Positions 31,076 through 40,555 of a stretch of DNA of 64,000 nt are shown piece by piece. A program made the translations under genes and the position numbers. The stretch spans positions 129,472 to 193,471 of the forward strand of contig JAMWZD010000001.1 in assembly GCA_024304995.1 (NCBI GenBank). Reading direction: 5' to 3'. Every line of letters starts with the position of its first letter. Position 1 is the stretch's first letter. Source of the stretch: Rickettsiales bacterium. GTDB taxonomy: Bacteria; Pseudomonadota; Alphaproteobacteria; Rickettsiales; UBA998. The notes beneath the pieces were generated by a model. That model was given only the letters and a program-made list of their open reading frames with translations, did no database searches and was not told the DNA's origin.

Positions 31076-31393
31076 GTGTCCTACGTTACTAAATTTTTTA
31101 TCATGTCTAAACAAACAAAGACAAAAGTCAGAACCTTAGAAAGCATCACCAAGGATGCACAAAAAGCTATGGCATGGACTCCCCCTCGGAAGCACGTGTC
31201 ATCAAATGGTAGAATTGTTAAAGGTCGTTCGAGAGTTATTGATACATGCAATGTGCATATCAAAACACTGGAAACGTTAGTTGCAGAACTGACTGAATTT
31301 AAGCTAGATCCTGAAACGCATCATGGAGCAGTTAGTTTAACAATTAGTCTGTATCAGAAACTTACCAAATTGCGTTACTGGTCTGAACGATAA
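31076..31393 (+). CDS. Hypothetical small basic protein
   Basis: ORF followed by a strong terminator. No motif recognised. The start may be the internal 'MSKQTK'. Confidence 0.35.
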   Translation: MSYVTKFFIMSKQTKTKVRTLESITKDAQKAMAWTPPRKHVSSNGRIVKGRSRVIDTCNVHIKTLETLVAELTEFKLDPETHHGAVSLTISLYQKLTKLRYWSER

Positions 31394-31403
31394 ACTGGAC
31401 AAT

Positions 31404-31430
31404 AGAAGGCGATCCTGCCTTCTTTTTTTT
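31404..31430. terminator. Rho-independent terminator (possibly bidirectional)
   Basis: Hairpin 'agaaggc-gatcct-gccttct' followed by a T8 run. It lies between convergent ORF 31076..31393 and rnhA. Confidence 0.6.
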
Positions 31431-31863
31431 AAGTAAAATTCACCGCACCCAAGCGCGCCAGCGTATCTGCCCGCTCGTTATATTCATCCCCTGCATGTCC
31501 TTTCACCCAGTGCCACGCCACCTGATGACGTGCTTCAGCTTTCAGCAGATCCTGCCATAAATCCGCATTTTTCACAGGTTTTTTCTGGCTGTTCTTCCAG
31601 CCATTTTTCTGCCATCCATGAATCCACTCTGTAATGCCACGGCGAACATATTGACTATCTGTATAAATTGCCACGTCACATGATTCTTTCAGTGCGTTGA
31701 GCGCTTCGATCGCCGCCATCAATTCCATGCGGTTGTTGGTGGTGTTGGCTTCCCCGCCTGAAATGTCTTTCTCATTCTCACCCATTTTCAGCACTGCACC
31801 CCAGCCCCCTGGTCCAGGGTTTCCACTGCACGCACCATCCGTATATATTATGACTTTCTTCAC
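31429..31863 (-). CDS. rnhA: Ribonuclease HI
   Basis: '[17 protein letters not shown]', '[14 protein letters not shown]', 'TDSQYV' and '[17 protein letters not shown]' are canonical RNase HI motifs. Confidence 0.95.
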   Translation of the reverse strand: MKKVIIYTDGACSGNPGPGGWGAVLKMGENEKDISGGEANTTNNRMELMAAIEALNALKESCDVAIYTDSQYVRRGITEWIHGWQKNGWKNSQKKPVKNADLWQDLLKAEARHQVAWHWVKGHAGDEYNERADTLARLGAVNFT

Positions 31864-32181
31864 TTATTGTTCCTGCCTGATTTCAAGCTGTTGTAATATA
31901 GTTCCCTTGCAGGGGTCAAGCGTAACCAGATGCACCAACCCGTCTGAAAGAAGCGTCAGTTGCTGATGCGCACCCACACGTTCCGAGGCAATTACCTGCC
32001 CTTGCGGCACTGTGACGCTCATTTCTTTAACGCAGGCAGCACGCCCTGCACCGCTTTCAGCAATACCTTTAAATGCAGCATATCCCAGCAAAGCTGCGCC
32101 CAACACCATGATAAACACCATAATTATTACTATGCGTTTGAGCTTTGCCAGATTTGGCGGTAAATGACTATCCTGTTCCAT
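31864..32181 (-). CDS. Hypothetical single-pass membrane protein
   Basis: One TM helix ('IVIIMVFIMVLGAALLGYAAF'). Its stop directly abuts the rnhA start. Confidence 0.45.
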   Translation of the reverse strand: MEQDSHLPPNLAKLKRIVIIMVFIMVLGAALLGYAAFKGIAESGAGRAACVKEMSVTVPQGQVIASERVGAHQQLTLLSDGLVHLVTLDPCKGTILQQLEIRQEQ

Positions 32182-32198
32182 TGGCGCACCCTAACGCA

Positions 32199-33554
32199 TT
32201 ATCGGCTGAGCGGCAAACTCAATATGACGGATAATCCGCGAATCCTGCCATCTGTATCTGTGCGGTTTTGCAAATGTACCTTGCCGCCGTGAGATTGTAT
32301 TATATCCCGCGTGATCGCCAGTCCAAGCCCACTTCCGCCTGCATCTGCGTTTCGCGCCTCATCCAGCCGAACAAACGGGCGGAACACTTCGGCAAACATG
32401 TCCTGCGGGATGCCTGCGCCATCATCTTCAATTGAAATCATCATCCATGCGTCATTCGTTTCCAGTGACACATGACAATTCTGTGCATATCTCAGCGCAT
32501 TATCAATCACGTTCTGCACTGCACGCTTCATCTGAATGGGATGCACCAGCAATGTGACAGATTCAGGCACAGAATATGTCAGCGGTGCATTGCTTTTCAG
32601 ATATTTTTGCACCACATCGCGCAATAATTCTGCAATATCTATGGATTCATATGACTGCATATCATCACTGCCTCGCACAAAGTCCAGATACTCCGTAATC
32701 ATATGTTCCATATCCAGAATGTCGCGCTGCATTTCTGCGCGTTGCTCGGCATCATCCAGCATTTCCAGTTCCAGCTTCAAACGTGTGAGCGGCGTGCGCA
32801 AATCATGCGAAATACCGCTGAGCATGGCAGTGCGCGTTTTTATCTGTCGTTCAATCCGCGCACGCATGGTGACAAATGCCTTGCCTGCACGCTTCACTTC
32901 CAGCGCACCATGCGGGCGGTAATCACTGACATCCTGCCCGCGCCCAAATCGCTCAGCTGCATTGGCAAGCCTGCGGATGGGGCGTATCTGGTTGCGCAGG
33001 AATGCTACCGCGATCATCGTGAATAAGGCAGAAGACCCTACCACCCACAACACGAAAATATAGGTGGTGGAGCTTTCAAGACGTTTAATATCCACATCAA
33101 TCTGCACTAAGGTGTCGCTCAAAGCTACGATCGTCCGAATGACCTTTTCATCCCGCATTTCAAACACGGTGAACGGCAAATCCAGACGTTTTTCGAGTTC
33201 AGAAATATAGAAGTGAAACCGTTTCTCATTTGCTGGCGGCAATGGCATATCCCAGCGCTGCTCCAGCACAATATCCATGTTCATCATCTGGCGATAGGTT
33301 TCCATCTCACTATCCCGTTTGGAATATTTGGTGCGAATAACACGGTCTATCACCAGCGCCACTTCTCCAGCAAGTGAGGATGACAGATATTCCTGAATAT
33401 TGTTCCAGTGACGCTGATAAAATATCGTAATTGCTAAAATCTGTATCAGCAATGTTGGCAGCACCAGAATCACCAGCGCCCGCCCGAACAGACTTTTCGG
33501 CATCCAGCTTTTGCTTTTATTGATGATACGCTGATAGAGTGCTGACATGGTCAT
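32199..33554 (-). CDS. Sensor histidine kinase (EnvZ-like)
   Basis: The ATG at 33554 overlaps the regulator stop (ATGA). Two TM segments, HAMP, H-box 'MLSGISHDLRTPLTR', and ATPase boxes 'DNALRYA', 'DDGAGI', 'GGSGLGLAI'. Confidence 0.85.
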   Translation of the reverse strand: MTMSALYQRIINKSKSWMPKSLFGRALVILVLPTLLIQILAITIFYQRHWNNIQEYLSSSLAGEVALVIDRVIRTKYSKRDSEMETYRQMMNMDIVLEQRWDMPLPPANEKRFHFYISELEKRLDLPFTVFEMRDEKVIRTIVALSDTLVQIDVDIKRLESSTTYIFVLWVVGSSALFTMIAVAFLRNQIRPIRRLANAAERFGRGQDVSDYRPHGALEVKRAGKAFVTMRARIERQIKTRTAMLSGISHDLRTPLTRLKLELEMLDDAEQRAEMQRDILDMEHMITEYLDFVRGSDDMQSYESIDIAELLRDVVQKYLKSNAPLTYSVPESVTLLVHPIQMKRAVQNVIDNALRYAQNCHVSLETNDAWMMISIEDDGAGIPQDMFAEVFRPFVRLDEARNADAGGSGLGLAITRDIIQSHGGKVHLQNRTDTDGRIRGLSVILSLPLSR

Positions 33555-34285
33555 GAGCTTTCCGCCCGTAACATATAGCCCTCGCCACGCACGGTGCATA
33601 AAATAACAGGTTTGCCTGGCTCGGCTTCAATTTTCTTTCGCAGTCGGGTAACCAGCACATCAATATGACGGGATGGTGCGGCATCATCACTTTTGTCAAA
33701 ATGCGCTGCCAGTGCATCACGCGATGCAGCATGATTTGCGTGCGTTGCCAATGCGTGCAGCAATGTTGCTTCATTGTCTGTCAACGCTACTATTTCGTCA
33801 CCTCGGCAGAGTTTCTTTTGCTGCAGATCATAGGTGAAGTCACCAAAAAACAGAACGGGTTCTGCTTCAGGCTGCATGGTGCGTTCGAGCAGTTTTTTGG
33901 CGCGAATCAACAATTCTTTCGGCTCAAACGGTTTGGCAAGATATTCATCTGCTCCCGCTTCCAGCCCTGTAATACGGTCATCCACCTCACCCATTGCGGT
34001 CAGCATAAAAATTGGCGTGTCATGCTGTTGCTTATATGTTTGTGCAAATGCAATGCCCGTTTCTTTTGGCATCATCACATCCAGCACGATCATGTCCACA
34101 ATAAAATACTGCAGTTTCATTCGCGCATCATCCGCACTTTTGGCACAGGTCACCAGCCAGCCTTGCTTCGTGAGGTAACGTTTAAGCAGTGAGCGAATCC
34201 GCGCATCATCATCCACCACCAGAATATGCGGCTGGCGCTCATGCACCCAATAATCCATATTAGCGTTTTCTGCGAAGTCTGACAT
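33551..34285 (-). CDS. OmpR-family response regulator
   Basis: Receiver domain ('HILVVDDDARIRSLLKRYL', 'VLDVMMP', 'DEYLAKPFEP') plus a winged-helix output ('VLVTRLRKKIE...ILCTVRGEGY'). An alternative start is at 34258. Confidence 0.9.
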   Translation of the reverse strand: MSDFAENANMDYWVHERQPHILVVDDDARIRSLLKRYLTKQGWLVTCAKSADDARMKLQYFIVDMIVLDVMMPKETGIAFAQTYKQQHDTPIFMLTAMGEVDDRITGLEAGADEYLAKPFEPKELLIRAKKLLERTMQPEAEPVLFFGDFTYDLQQKKLCRGDEIVALTDNEATLLHALATHANHAASRDALAAHFDKSDDAAPSRHIDVLVTRLRKKIEAEPGKPVILCTVRGEGYMLRAESS

Positions 34286-34775
34286 AAAAAGCTCCCTGCC
34301 CTCCATGATGTTTGGCGGCTCCAGCAATGCCAACAATCATCGGGCGGAATGTAGCATCTTCTGCCCAGCGTGCAAAGGATCGTCTCAATATCCCTTCTGA
34401 TGAGAGTTTTCCTTTACCTGTTATCACCAAAACCAGAGCGCACTGGGCAGCGTAGGCATCTGTAATAAATTGATGCAGTGTGTCATAGGCAAGTTCTGCA
34501 CCTAAGCCGTGCAAGTCCAGCGTGCGCTCAATCGGCATACGTCCCTTTTTAATGCGCTTGATAGTATTATGGTCAAATGCCTCCAGTTCAGCTGGTGCAT
34601 TAAATGTCTGCGTAGGTGGAGCAGCATCATATCCTGCAAAATTAATGGGGGGAACATATATTCGTTTTCGCTGCGTAATCAGCTTCTCTGTGCTGTCTAT
34701 GCGCGGTTTTGTTTTTAGCGGCTGCACATCTTTCAGCACATTGTGCCACTCATCATTGCTGGACATAATCCGCAT
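34260..34775 (-). CDS. Smr-domain protein
   Basis: C-terminal Smr domain ('TLDLHGL...VLVITGKG'). The start is uncertain (ATG at 34775 or 34766) and overlaps the mltA end. Confidence 0.75.
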   Translation of the reverse strand: MRIMSSNDEWHNVLKDVQPLKTKPRIDSTEKLITQRKRIYVPPINFAGYDAAPPTQTFNAPAELEAFDHNTIKRIKKGRMPIERTLDLHGLGAELAYDTLHQFITDAYAAQCALVLVITGKGKLSSEGILRRSFARWAEDATFRPMIVGIAGAAKHHGGQGAFYVRLRRKR

Positions 34776-35793
34776 CTTTCGGGAAAAGCACATATAAGGC
34801 AGCGTCACGATTCAGTTTACCTGCCAGCAATTCTGCATCATCCCCTGCCCCTGCAAATAAATCTGCCCGCAAACGCCCTTTAATGGCGCTGCCCGTATCC
34901 TGCGTGATGACCATGCGCTGAATATCATTCCCTGCATTGAGGAATAACGGCACGCCATAACTTAAATACGCTGGGTCTATCGCCACGGAATGCATGGCTT
35001 TGAGCGGTGTGCCTTGCGCCCCGATAATCTCTGCCTCGCCTGCCGCACGATCAAAGAACACATAAGATGCATTTTGTTGCATAATGGCAGAGGCCTGATC
35101 TGGGTTTGCACGCAACCAGTGTTTGAGCCACTGCAGAGACATTTCTTCTTTGGTCGCTAGTTTATTATCAATAAAATATTTTCCAATCGCGGTGTATGGC
35201 ATGTCATTTTTGCCTGCATAGCGCAGCAAGCCACGGCTGCCATCAGGATATTCGACGTAACCTGAGCCCTGAATATGCAGGAAGAACACATCCACCGCAT
35301 CATCTGCATATGCCACAATCTCTGCCTTGCCATTCAGCGCACCTGCGTCAATCTCCGCGCGGCTATGAAGCGTACGGTGCATCTCGTCTGGTCTGGCATA
35401 AATCGGCACGTGATAGGTGGCATCAGGTGTATCGTTTACCTGCAATAAGGGTATATAATATCCTGTGAGATGAAGTCTGTTATTCAGATTGGTGCGCACG
35501 CGATATAGATGAAAATGATTGGTCAGAAATCCATATGCATCATCTGACATACGCGCTTTTTCGCAAAGGGACTGCATGACAGATGCTTCCACATGACGGT
35601 CAAATATGCGCACTTTTTCCTGAGTTCTGGTGTCACATGCACTTACCCATGCATCCAGCCCCGCCTGCGCATGTGCTGCATCAAACAAGCGCAATTCGTT
35701 CCAGCCCACACGCCGCCATTCATAGCGTTCCGTAGTGGGCTGACATGCATTAAGCATCATCATCATTGCGCAGAGAAAAAGGACACGCCACAT
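34753..35793 (-). CDS. mltA: Membrane-bound lytic murein transglycosylase A
   Basis: Lipoprotein-like N-terminus ('MMMLNAC'), MltA domain, and a 3D domain ('TQDTGSAIKGRLRADLFAGAG'). Confidence 0.85.
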   Translation of the reverse strand: MWRVLFLCAMMMMLNACQPTTERYEWRRVGWNELRLFDAAHAQAGLDAWVSACDTRTQEKVRIFDRHVEASVMQSLCEKARMSDDAYGFLTNHFHLYRVRTNLNNRLHLTGYYIPLLQVNDTPDATYHVPIYARPDEMHRTLHSRAEIDAGALNGKAEIVAYADDAVDVFFLHIQGSGYVEYPDGSRGLLRYAGKNDMPYTAIGKYFIDNKLATKEEMSLQWLKHWLRANPDQASAIMQQNASYVFFDRAAGEAEIIGAQGTPLKAMHSVAIDPAYLSYGVPLFLNAGNDIQRMVITQDTGSAIKGRLRADLFAGAGDDAELLAGKLNRDAALYVLFPKDADYVQQ

Positions 35794-35798
35794 GCAGT

Positions 35799-36467
35799 TT
35801 ACGTGTCGATAATCGTCCAGTTGGGGTTCGGGCTTTTCAGATTGCGTTCAAAGACCCACTCATCATCCACATGCTCAATCTGTGAAGCGGTGTCCGTAAT
35901 CACCTTGCCTTTTTTGTCACGCTCTGCCTGAATCTGTTCGCTGACAAACTGCACTGTAATCTTTGCTTTTGCGCTTTCCACATCAATATCTTTGATATGC
36001 GCTTCCATGATAGACACTAATGTTGTGTCAATATAGCTTTCCTGATCTTTGCGCTTTTTCAGTTCTTCCTGAAACTCGGTATAAATTTCTTTTGAAAGCA
36101 GCATTTTCAGCGTATCACGGTCATCTTTGCTGAACGCATCCAGTACCATTTCAAACGCGGTTTTTGCACCCTCCAGAAATTCCTTGCGGCGAAATGTTCT
36201 GTCATACTCGCGGATGCGCTGCAGCCCTGTCTTAATGGAGACATCCAGATCTTCTTCAATCACTTCTGGCTCTGGCTCAGGTTTCATTGAAGAATGTTCC
36301 AGCTCACGCGGAGGCAATTCAATCACTTTGCTATTTTCGTCAAACGTGGCATCACGCGGTTGTGGCGGCTGGTCATGACCAATTTTTTGCCCCAGCACCC
36401 CATAAAGGCGAAGCAAAATAAACACTACAACAGCAATCAGAACAATTAAATCCACAGGCATAAACAC
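35799..36467 (-). CDS. Tim44-like domain protein
   Basis: N-terminal TM, an acidic linker, and a C-terminal Tim44-like fold ('FLEGAKTAFEMVLDAFSKDD...WVFERNLKSPNPNWTI'). Confidence 0.8.
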   Translation of the reverse strand: MFMPVDLIVLIAVVVFILLRLYGVLGQKIGHDQPPQPRDATFDENSKVIELPPRELEHSSMKPEPEPEVIEEDLDVSIKTGLQRIREYDRTFRRKEFLEGAKTAFEMVLDAFSKDDRDTLKMLLSKEIYTEFQEELKKRKDQESYIDTTLVSIMEAHIKDIDVESAKAKITVQFVSEQIQAERDKKGKVITDTASQIEHVDDEWVFERNLKSPNPNWTIIDT

Positions 36468-36510
36468 ACTTTCTTTTATTCATATCATAATTATTGCATT
36501 AACCAACTAT

Positions 36511-36595
36511 CGTCATTCTTAAGCGTAGTGAAGAATCCAGTGCCGCAAAAGCAAAGCGGAGAGATGGATCCTTCGGCTTTGCCTCAGGATGACGC
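36511..36595. repeat. Imperfect palindromic intergenic element (MITE/REP-like, 'cgtcat...atgacg' type)
   Basis: The termini 'cgtcattcttaag' and 'cctcaggatgacg' are inverted repeats (10 of 13 match). The internal arms ('gcgtagtgaagaatcc' and 'ggatccttcggctttgc') are also partly complementary. Confidence 0.4.
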
Positions 36596-36744
36596 ATAAC
36601 GTAGTGTTACGCATTAATCTTTATTATATCATGACGATTTAAGCACCATAAGGCAAGTCTAGTTTTTCCAGATGACTTATTGATAATCAACCGCCTATAG
36701 TATGATTATATAGTCAAAAGATTAAAATTTTAAAGAGGAACTAC

Positions 36745-37626
36745 ATGCACGCACGCGGGCGCACCGATATTTTATTTTTTCGTCGGGCATTCATGCATTT
36801 AAAAAATACAGTGGCACGCTGGTGGGACAATGACCCATTCACGCAGGCAGCCGCCGTTGCTTACTATACGATCTTCTCCTTCCCCGCCCTGATCATTATT
36901 TATCTCGCCAGCGCCTCCCTTTTCCTGAAACAGGAAGAATTGCAGGCGCAGACCAATAGTTTTTTAAGTGAAAAATTTGGCGCGTCTGCCGCCGAACAAT
37001 TCACTACGATTATACAGAACACCGCTCCAGAAGACACCAGCACTGTTGCATTTGTGATTGGTGGTGTGACTTTACTATTAGCCGCCCTGAAATTATTCAT
37101 GCAGCTTCAAAAAGCATTGAATCACGTCTGGGGCTTGCCAGAAACACCTGTGGGCAGCTTTACCACGTTGCTGGTGCGGCGTTTCACATCCTTCCTTGTA
37201 ATGCTGGGCATTGGCATCACACTGGTATGCTCCATTCTGCTGACCTCTATCATCAGTTTCCTGACAAAATGGATCACCGACCATGTGCATGAATATCTTG
37301 CATTTATAGCGCATGGGGTGAATCTGCTGGCTTCCATGCTGACGCTTAGCGCCGTATTCACCATCATGCTGCGCAATCTGCCTGACAAACATGTGCGCTG
37401 GCGACATGCTTTTCCTGGCGCAATGGTGAGTGCCGTATTATTTATGATAGGTGAATATGCACTGGGAATATACTTCTCCACCGCCCGTCCAGACTCAGCT
37501 TACGGGGTGACAGGTTCACTCATATTACTCATGCTTTGGGTATCTTATAGTTGCATCATCTTGCTTTTAGGTGCAGAGATGAGTAAAACATTATCTGACT
37601 ATGATTCCAAAACTCAAGAATCCTGA
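36745..37626 (+). CDS. YihY/BrkB-family inner-membrane protein
   Basis: 'WWDNDPFTQAAAVAYYTIFSFPALIII' plus six TM helices typical of the YihY family. The start may be the internal ATG at 36793. Confidence 0.8.
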   Translation: MHARGRTDILFFRRAFMHLKNTVARWWDNDPFTQAAAVAYYTIFSFPALIIIYLASASLFLKQEELQAQTNSFLSEKFGASAAEQFTTIIQNTAPEDTSTVAFVIGGVTLLLAALKLFMQLQKALNHVWGLPETPVGSFTTLLVRRFTSFLVMLGIGITLVCSILLTSIISFLTKWITDHVHEYLAFIAHGVNLLASMLTLSAVFTIMLRNLPDKHVRWRHAFPGAMVSAVLFMIGEYALGIYFSTARPDSAYGVTGSLILLMLWVSYSCIILLLGAEMSKTLSDYDSKTQES

Positions 37627-38758
37627 CGAAACCAAACCAGACCACATTCCACCCGAATGTGCGCTGGAAGAGGATGTGCTGCATCTGAAAGGTGAGTGGG
37701 AACTGGCACATTACAAGCAAATGAATGCACAGCTTAACCAGATTTCCAGTGTAGGCAACAAGCTTATGATCGACGGTTCAGAACTGACCATGCTGGACAC
37801 GGCTGGCAGCATTCTGATCAAACAATTTGCGCAATCTCATGGCATTGCCTGTGATGAAGTGGAATTTCAGAATATTCGTGATGACTATAAAAATTTCATC
37901 CGTGAGATATGGTCTCGCAATTATGACCCCGAAGAAAAAGAAAAAACCCATCATACACTGATTGGACGTTTCATAGACTGGGTGGGGCATGTCAGCGCTG
38001 CTATTGCCGTGGAAGCTACTAACATGCTCTCTTTCACAGGGCAAGTGGTGCTGTGCATCAGCCATTGCTTCTCTAACCCGTCAGAATTTCGCGGCAAATC
38101 CCTCGTGCGGCACATGGATGAAGCAGGCGTGCGCGCGTTGCCCATCATTTGCCTGCTCGCGTTTTTGATTAGTATTGTGCTGGGGTATCAGGGCGCAACA
38201 CAGCTGAAAATGTTCGGCGCAGAAGTCTTCACGATTGACCTGACCGCCATTTCCATTCTGCGCGAAATGGGCGTGCTGCTCACTGCGATTATGGTGGCAG
38301 GGCGCTCAGGCAGTGCCTTTGCCACAGAAATTGGCGTGATGAAACTGCGTGATGAAGTGGATGCGCTCAAAACGATTGGCTTAAATCCGTTCCAGCTGCT
38401 CGTCATTCCGCGCATCTTGTCACTCGTCATCATGATGCCCGTCCTCACCTTCTTCGCGGATATGTTCGGGCTGCTTGGCACATTTCTGATGACCAATCTG
38501 CTGCTGGATATTCCGTTTGATATATTTCTGGAACGCTGCGCCAACACGGTGGAACTGAACACATTCATGGTAGGCGTTGCCAAAGCACCTGTGTTTGGTT
38601 TGCTGATTGGGCTGGTCGGAACCTATCAGGGAATGCAGGTGAAGGGTTCTGCAGAAAGCGTCGGCAGATTAACCACTGTGTCTGTGGTACAATCCATCTT
38701 CGCCGTTATCTTTGCCAATGCGCTTTTCTCCATTTTGTTTGCGGAGTTCGGGCTATGA
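37601..38758 (+). CDS. mlaE: MlaE-family ABC transporter permease with N-terminal STAS-like extension
   Basis: The C-terminal 250 aa match the MlaE permease pattern ('REMGVLLTAIMVAGRSGSAFATEIGVMKLRDEVDAL'), preceded by an N-terminal soluble domain of about 120 aa. Confidence 0.8.
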   Translation: MIPKLKNPDETKPDHIPPECALEEDVLHLKGEWELAHYKQMNAQLNQISSVGNKLMIDGSELTMLDTAGSILIKQFAQSHGIACDEVEFQNIRDDYKNFIREIWSRNYDPEEKEKTHHTLIGRFIDWVGHVSAAIAVEATNMLSFTGQVVLCISHCFSNPSEFRGKSLVRHMDEAGVRALPIICLLAFLISIVLGYQGATQLKMFGAEVFTIDLTAISILREMGVLLTAIMVAGRSGSAFATEIGVMKLRDEVDALKTIGLNPFQLLVIPRILSLVIMMPVLTFFADMFGLLGTFLMTNLLLDIPFDIFLERCANTVELNTFMVGVAKAPVFGLLIGLVGTYQGMQVKGSAESVGRLTTVSVVQSIFAVIFANALFSILFAEFGL

Positions 38759-39525
38759 GTGAACGCAAAAAAGTGATTGAATTGCGCGATGTGCATACGT
38801 CCTTCGGCACGCAAAAAATTCATGATGGGCTGGATTTCACGCTGTATAATGATGAAATCGTCGCGCTCGTCGGCGGGTCTGGGTCTGGGAAATCCGTGCT
38901 ATTCAACACTATTTTAGGGTTAGTTCCTTTGCAACGTGGCGAAATCATTATTAATGAAACACATAAAGGACAGCTTCTCAACCAAAGCACCGCCCCGTCT
39001 GAGCAATGCGGCGTGTTGTTTCAGCATGGCGCACTCTTTTCAGGCTTGACCATTCTGGACAACATCAAATTGCCACTGCGCGAACACACCAAGCTGCCAG
39101 AAGACTTCATTCATGACATGGCAATGACCAAGCTGGATTTGGTGGGGCTGAATGTGGATGCGGCGGGAAAATATCCATCAGAAATCTCAGGCGGCATGAA
39201 CCGCCGCGCAGGGTTGGCGCGGGCATTAATTATGGACCCTGATATTTTATTTTTGGATGAACCAACCGCAGGGCTAGACCCCGTCTCCGCTGCCAATTTT
39301 GATGATTTGCTGCGCTTCCTGCAAAAAACACTGGATTTATCGGTACTGATGATCACGCATGATTTGGATAGTATTATCTTATGTGATCGCCTCGCCGTGT
39401 TAGTGGACAAAAAAATGATAACAGGCACATTAGACGAAATCACCGCGATAGACCATCCGTGGCTGCAGGAATATTTCAACGGAAAACGGATGCGACAGTT
39501 GGAGGCGACGCAAGCGGCGCATTAA
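38755..39525 (+). CDS. mlaF: MlaF-like ABC transporter ATP-binding protein
   Basis: Walker A 'GGSGSGKS', signature 'ISGGMNRRAGLARAL', Walker B 'ILFLDEPTAGLD'. The ATGA start overlaps the permease stop. Confidence 0.9.
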   Translation: MSERKKVIELRDVHTSFGTQKIHDGLDFTLYNDEIVALVGGSGSGKSVLFNTILGLVPLQRGEIIINETHKGQLLNQSTAPSEQCGVLFQHGALFSGLTILDNIKLPLREHTKLPEDFIHDMAMTKLDLVGLNVDAAGKYPSEISGGMNRRAGLARALIMDPDILFLDEPTAGLDPVSAANFDDLLRFLQKTLDLSVLMITHDLDSIILCDRLAVLVDKKMITGTLDEITAIDHPWLQEYFNGKRMRQLEATQAAH

Positions 39526-40244
39526 TCTGCAAACTCCCCAAATTTCAAAAAATGCACCGTCTGACGCTGCACTTCATCGTTGGATGGAAAGAATGTATGG
39601 GATGCATCCACCATCACGCTGTCTTTCACGCCGTCCAACTGCGCGCTCAACACGGAAACTTTTCCGTCATCATCCTCAGGAATAATGTAGGATGAAAACG
39701 GATCAATCGTGGCTGTGCCAATAATCGTTCCCGCTTCATAATCCACCGCGCCAAACAGCCCCTCGCGCACGCTTTCATCGGTGATGAGTTGCTGCCCCGC
39801 CACGCCATAAATTAACTGATAGGCTTTGATGTCCTGCCACCAGTCCGCCACTTCAGAGCCTTTATGCGGCGTGGCAAGAAACAGCACCCGACCAAGATTT
39901 TCAGGGCGATGATGGTTCAATATAGTGCGTGTGAGCAACCCGCCCATGGAATACCCCACAAAATGCACTTTCCGTTCTGGCGCAATATGCTGCAAATGCT
40001 CATGATGCACCCACCGCGCCAGCGTACGCAAATTATAATCTGTGGAAGGATAAGTGATATTCAATACCTCAAATCCAGCATCTTCCACCGCCTGCGCCAA
40101 CGGTTCCATATGGCTGGAACTGCGTGCAATGCCATGCAGCATGATGACGATGTCTTTCGCATGAAGTGGCGCACTGTAAAGCAGCAGGAAAATGAGAAGG
40201 AAACGCATTAATAGATTATAAAATGCATTGCCACATAAGCGCAA
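39522..40244 (-). CDS. Secreted alpha/beta-hydrolase (esterase/lipase-like)
   Basis: Signal peptide, 'IVIMLHGI', and nucleophile elbow 'GYSMGG'. It is convergent with mlaF, and the two stop codons overlap. Confidence 0.7.
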   Translation of the reverse strand: MRLCGNAFYNLLMRFLLIFLLLYSAPLHAKDIVIMLHGIARSSSHMEPLAQAVEDAGFEVLNITYPSTDYNLRTLARWVHHEHLQHIAPERKVHFVGYSMGGLLTRTILNHHRPENLGRVLFLATPHKGSEVADWWQDIKAYQLIYGVAGQQLITDESVREGLFGAVDYEAGTIIGTATIDPFSSYIIPEDDDGKVSVLSAQLDGVKDSVMVDASHTFFPSNDEVQRQTVHFLKFGEFAD

Positions 40245-40261
40245 GCGTCTATATTAGCATC

Positions 40262-40555
40262 ATGTTTGACTTTTCCCTGTCTGAATTGCTGGTGATTTGC
40301 GTAGTTGGCTTGGTCGTTTTAGGACCAAAAGAACTGCCCACGGTGGCGCGTGCTGTGCGGGATGCCATTCGATACGTTAAGCGGATGAGCGCTTCAGTAC
40401 AGTCTCATATCAATGATGTGCTGGACGAAGATGACCGCAAGGGACTCACCAACCTGATTAAAGGGGATGATGGCACATTTTACGAAGCGTTTGACGTGAA
40501 TGAATTGCTGATTGATGAACCAAAGAAGAAAGATGACGATGAGCGAACCACTTAA
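40262..40555 (+). CDS. tatB: Twin-arginine translocase subunit TatB (TatA/B family)
   Basis: The ATG at 40262 gives 'MFDFSLSELLVICVVGLVVLGPKELP', the TatA/B signature. The ORF-track start at 40223 is an extension. Confidence 0.8.
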   Translation: MFDFSLSELLVICVVGLVVLGPKELPTVARAVRDAIRYVKRMSASVQSHINDVLDEDDRKGLTNLIKGDDGTFYEAFDVNELLIDEPKKKDDDERTT

